From Podarcis bocagei (Eukaryota), in NCBI GenBank assembly GCA_964188305.1, contig OZ076889.1: a stretch of 64,000 nucleotides of DNA. One strand, 5' to 3'. The notes below the pieces were generated by a model that searched no databases, was not told the DNA's origin, and saw only the letters and a list, made by a program, of their open reading frames with translations. Of this stretch, positions 61,401-64,000 are shown piece after piece; within the stretch, counting starts at the first letter, position 1; each line of letters opens with the position of its first letter. The position numbers and the translations under genes are program-made.

Positions 61401-63255
61401 TTTAGAATGCAATTTTTTATGTGAATGTGTATATTTGTATGAAATGTAACTGGGCAGCCCTTACTATGAGATCAGCCTTTGCCAACCCTCTAAATACTTT
61501 GGACTATCTTTAATGATGGGCACTATAGCCTAAAACACGTGGAGGGCATCAGGTTTACTAGACAGAGCCAACTTTACTCTGTAGCTTCACTAGTGGGTGA
61601 GTTGCGTGGCAAGATAAATATTCAGCTCTTATACTGTTTTGTGGAGAATATAAGTTGTCTGTCTTTCTGGGAGTGGGAGCAGGAGCAAGTGCAGGCAGAG
61701 GGCAACTTGTTTGGACTTGTCACTGCAAAAATTGTGGGGTCATGGGACAGGAAAAATTACCTCTTACAACCAGCAATGCTGACTCAGAAGCACTGTCCAC
61801 CACTGTCTGAGCTGTGCAAGTATATCGACCAGCATGTTTCAGCTGAGCATTCAAGATCAAAAGGTCTCCAATGTTCTCTTTCTATGATAGAAGAATCAAT
61901 AGGAATAATGTCAGAACCAAGCTGAGAAATTGCGGCATGCAAGTTTAAAAAGAGGAGAAAGGCAACAGAAAATCAGGCAGCATCTTAGCAGTGGGCAAAT
62001 GATGAGATCTATCAGAGGACATCCCAATGAAAAGGTAGAAGGGTAATTGGTTCTCCTTGAATTGTGACCACCTTTCTGGAAATTACAGGGCATCATGGGA
62101 TTTGCAGTACTCACTGTACTAGCTCGCTTGTAGTGGCCTTCGGACTTGACAAAGTCGATGAGAAAGTCATCCAGGAACCAAGTAAAGGTGAGGTCCATTG
62201 TTGGGTCATGAGAGGCACGACATTGAAGGGTAATATTTTCACCTACATTAATGTCAGCACTGGATGGTGCGAGGGTGATTTTAGTGGCATCTGCAGAAAA
62301 AAGCAGGTGAGATGATCATTAGTTGTCAATAGTTGTTTGTGCATATCAGTTTTCATTAACATAACACGGGCACAGAAAAAGGTGAATGACATCTGTCTCT
62401 GAATACAGATTTGCTGGTGAAAAAAATAACTAGAAACTAGGAAAGCCCAGAGCACCTCAGTTATGGTTCTGCCATCCCCAAAGAATCAGTGAGAAGGGCT
62501 GCAACACTGTCGTCTTGAACCAGTTGTATCTTTTACTGTGTGCTTAATGTGGTTGGAAAGGAAGGAAAGCCCACTTTAATTACTTCAGTGAACTAGCAAT
62601 ACACTCTTCTCTTGCTGTAGTACTTGCAGGGCAGAAATGATGGCAAAATGTATTGTTGACCTTTCCATTATTGCAGTGTTTCTCAAACAGCATGCAGGGA
62701 CTCGCCACATGGCCTCAGTGCCACAGCTTGCCCAGTGTTTCCTCACTTGCCTACCCCACCCCTAGCTATGCCACAGCCTTTCGGCTGGTCTAAGCTCAGC
62801 CTCAATGATTCCTTGCATGATGGGAGAAAGAGAAGTCTGAGGCTAGTGGGAGAGAGGGAGGGTCTCCCTCTTCTGAGGGGAAAGTGCCAGAGGAGGTGCT
62901 GAAGGAAATGAGAAAGTAAGATAATACGATAATACTTAACAACAACAACAAACTGCAAATAGAAAGGAAGGGGATAACTGAGGAGACCTGTTATGGGAGA
63001 AATAAGAGAATTTTGTGACTGTAGGCCCTCAGTAATTTTCAGCCTCCTTGAGTAGGCCCTGGGGGTAGGAAGCTTGAGAATCCCTGCATTATTACATTTG
63101 GTCCCAGTGGCAATAAGATGCCCTTACCTCGAACTGAGAGAACTCCTGTGCTGTTTGCTTTGCCCATGAAATTCTCTGCGAAGCAGGTGTATTTGCCCTC
63201 ATCTAACTTGCTAATATTCCGAATGATCAAGGTGCCATCTGGAGTGATGGTGATG
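52365..63255 (-). CDS. CNTN2: CNTN2 contactin-2 (TAG-1/axonin-1), last 12 coding exons: end of Ig5, Ig6, four FN3 repeats, GPI signal
   Basis: Spliced translation includes [48 protein letters not shown] and a hydrophobic C-terminus ending CLEL*; synteny with TMEM81/RBBP5/DSTYK. Confidence 0.96.
54648..54816 (-). CDS. CNTN2: CNTN2 exon (MLYQ...RNS)
   Basis: aatag|ATG ... AGT G|gtgcgt, 169 nt. Confidence 0.94.
55450..55562 (-). CDS. CNTN2: CNTN2 exon ([10 protein letters not shown]...TGYK)
   Basis: tctag|CA CCA ... AAG|gtaact, 113 nt. Confidence 0.94.
55779..56105. mobile_element. Palindromic hAT MITE (outer element)
   Basis: TIR CAGGCA(C/T)AGGCAAACTCC; 8-bp TSD TTCTAGCC at 55771-55778 and 56106-56113. 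Confidence 0.88.
55913..56095. mobile_element. GC-rich hAT MITE nested in the right TIR of the outer MITE
   Basis: Imperfect TIR CACTGGTGGAG / CTCTACCACTG; 8-bp TSD CCTATGCC at 55905-55912 and 56096-56103. Confidence 0.85.
56118..56302 (+). mobile_element. tRNA-derived SINE (Squam3-like)
   Basis: tRNA-like head plus GCTGCTGCCAGTCAGTGTAGA...CTAGATGGACCAGTGGTCTGAGTCAGTATAAGGC tail. Confidence 0.78.
57140..57326 (-). CDS. CNTN2: CNTN2 exon (IRYWK...TKP)
   Basis: ttcag|ATC ... CCA C|gtgagt, 187 nt. Confidence 0.94.
57588..57703 (-). CDS. CNTN2: CNTN2 exon (EPRVAP...LLGYE)
   Basis: cacag|AA CCA ... GAG|gtaaga, 116 nt. Confidence 0.94.
57943..58177 (-). CDS. CNTN2: CNTN2 exon (PMQREYQNG...SAEE)
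   Basis: ttcag|CCA ... GAA G|gtaggc, 235 nt. Confidence 0.94.
58380..58669 (+). mobile_element. Possible L1/Tx1-like retroelement 3' remnant
   Basis: AT-rich segment ending in AATAAA plus an A-rich (AAAAG)n tail; family not verified. Confidence 0.3.
58728..59070 (+). mobile_element. L2-clade LINE 3' fragment
   Basis: Reads [15 protein letters not shown], resembling L2 ORF2 C-termini (FR..LKT.LF..AF); T-rich 3' UTR, then GTTAGCCGCCCTGAG and a (TAC/TAT)n tail. Confidence 0.6.
59547..59617 (-). CDS. CNTN2: CNTN2 exon ([23 protein letters not shown])
   Basis: tccag|CC CCT ... GCG|gtaagc, 71 nt. Confidence 0.92.
60405..60554 (-). CDS. CNTN2: CNTN2 exon (PANIEGN...TKEA)
   Basis: tatag|AT CCT ... 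GCT G|gtgagt, 150 nt. Confidence 0.94.
60670..60828 (-). CDS. CNTN2: CNTN2 exon (GPPGPPGG...QVRT)
   Basis: ggtag|GT CCT ... ACC A|gtaagt, 159 nt. Confidence 0.94.
61761..61881 (-). CDS. CNTN2: CNTN2 exon (KENIGDL...LVVR)
   Basis: catag|AAA GAG ... AGA G|gtaatt, 121 nt; not shown in the ORF track. Confidence 0.93.
62115..62290 (-). CDS. CNTN2: CNTN2 exon (ATKITLAP...RAST)
   Basis: tgcag|AT GCC ... ACA|gtgagt, 176 nt. Confidence 0.94.
63128..63255 (-). CDS. CNTN2: CNTN2 exon (ITITPDG...LSVR)
   Basis: tgcag|C ATC ... CGA G|gtaagg, 128 nt. Confidence 0.93.
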
Positions 63256-64000
63256 CTGCAGCGAAAGAAGAGCCCATCAGGAGAAAGTGAGAGAATAATT
63301 CAGCCAACCACAGACCCGCTTGCCTGTCACGGGACATGTAGCATGAAGGCAGTGATGAATTCTGTCAAATGCGTCAGCTGAAAGGTATTGGAAATAATAT
63401 GTCGTATAACATTGGCCTTCCAAAGAAAGACTGAGCTGCCACTGGGCTGCAGCGATAGCATGGCAGCTCTGTTTAGTTTTGTTTTAAGAGATAAAGGAGA
63501 AAGGGTTACTGGGAGAAAAGGGGATCCTAAGTCCTGCTCCCTGTTAGGGGTTATCTTACATCTGGTCACCTGGGGGCAGAAAGATGATTCAAAGGTGGAG
63601 ATGGGTCTCATATGCAGGCTGCAGTTAAAGGTGCAGCAAACAACTGGATAACTATGTTATTTTACAAGCAAACAAGCAACTCTAGTTACTTTTGGAAGTT
63701 TTAAATCAGCAGGCTAGGATAGCCAACAGTAGCTATGATTAACTTTCACCAAAAAGAAATACATGTCCTTACTCTTAAATACGGTAATTGGACAAGATAT
63801 AGTTGCAAAGCTGAATACTTCCATGTATGAAATACACTTATTTAAAGGATATTGCCATTTTTCTGCCTCAAGCTGCTTGAAGGTGATGTGATTCAAGCTT
63901 ACATTTTCACTGTGCAAATCCTTTGGGAATACTGTTCTCTGTACAAGCTGTTTAAGGATTGCCAATTGTCTACCACTCTTCTAACCATCTGGGAAATCAT

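Overview
Eukaryotic genomic DNA from a squamate reptile. The repeat content (Sauria SINEs, Squam3-like SINEs, a tRNA-Lys/CR1-tail SINE, hAT and Tc1/mariner MITEs) suggests a lacertid lizard, which is an inference. The window holds the conserved vertebrate block DSTYK - RBBP5 - TMEM81 - CNTN2. On the + strand lie the last 8 coding exons of DSTYK (788-9049), the complete 14-exon RBBP5 CDS (19056-39238; 1620 nt, 539 aa) with a CpG-island promoter, and single-exon TMEM81 (42869-43663). On the - strand lie the last 12 coding exons of CNTN2 (63255 down to 52365). All exons were placed by reading GT/AG boundaries and checking phase. RBBP5 intron 5 holds a young, 5'-truncated, sense-oriented CR1 LINE with an intact ORF2 (endonuclease plus RT). 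Best leads: (1) a cryptic acceptor that would fuse RBBP5 exons 1-4 in frame to the whole CR1 ORF2; (2) a candidate frame-preserving 21-nt microexon in RBBP5 intron 13; (3) the same ~90-bp hAT MITE, carrying an NF-kB-type palindrome, just upstream of both RBBP5 and TMEM81; (4) a split tRNA-Lys SINE sharing its tail with the CR1; (5) a 33-bp templated insertion; (6) nested hAT MITEs. There is no evidence for CRISPR arrays or other prokaryotic-type systems, and most short ORFs in the track are noise.
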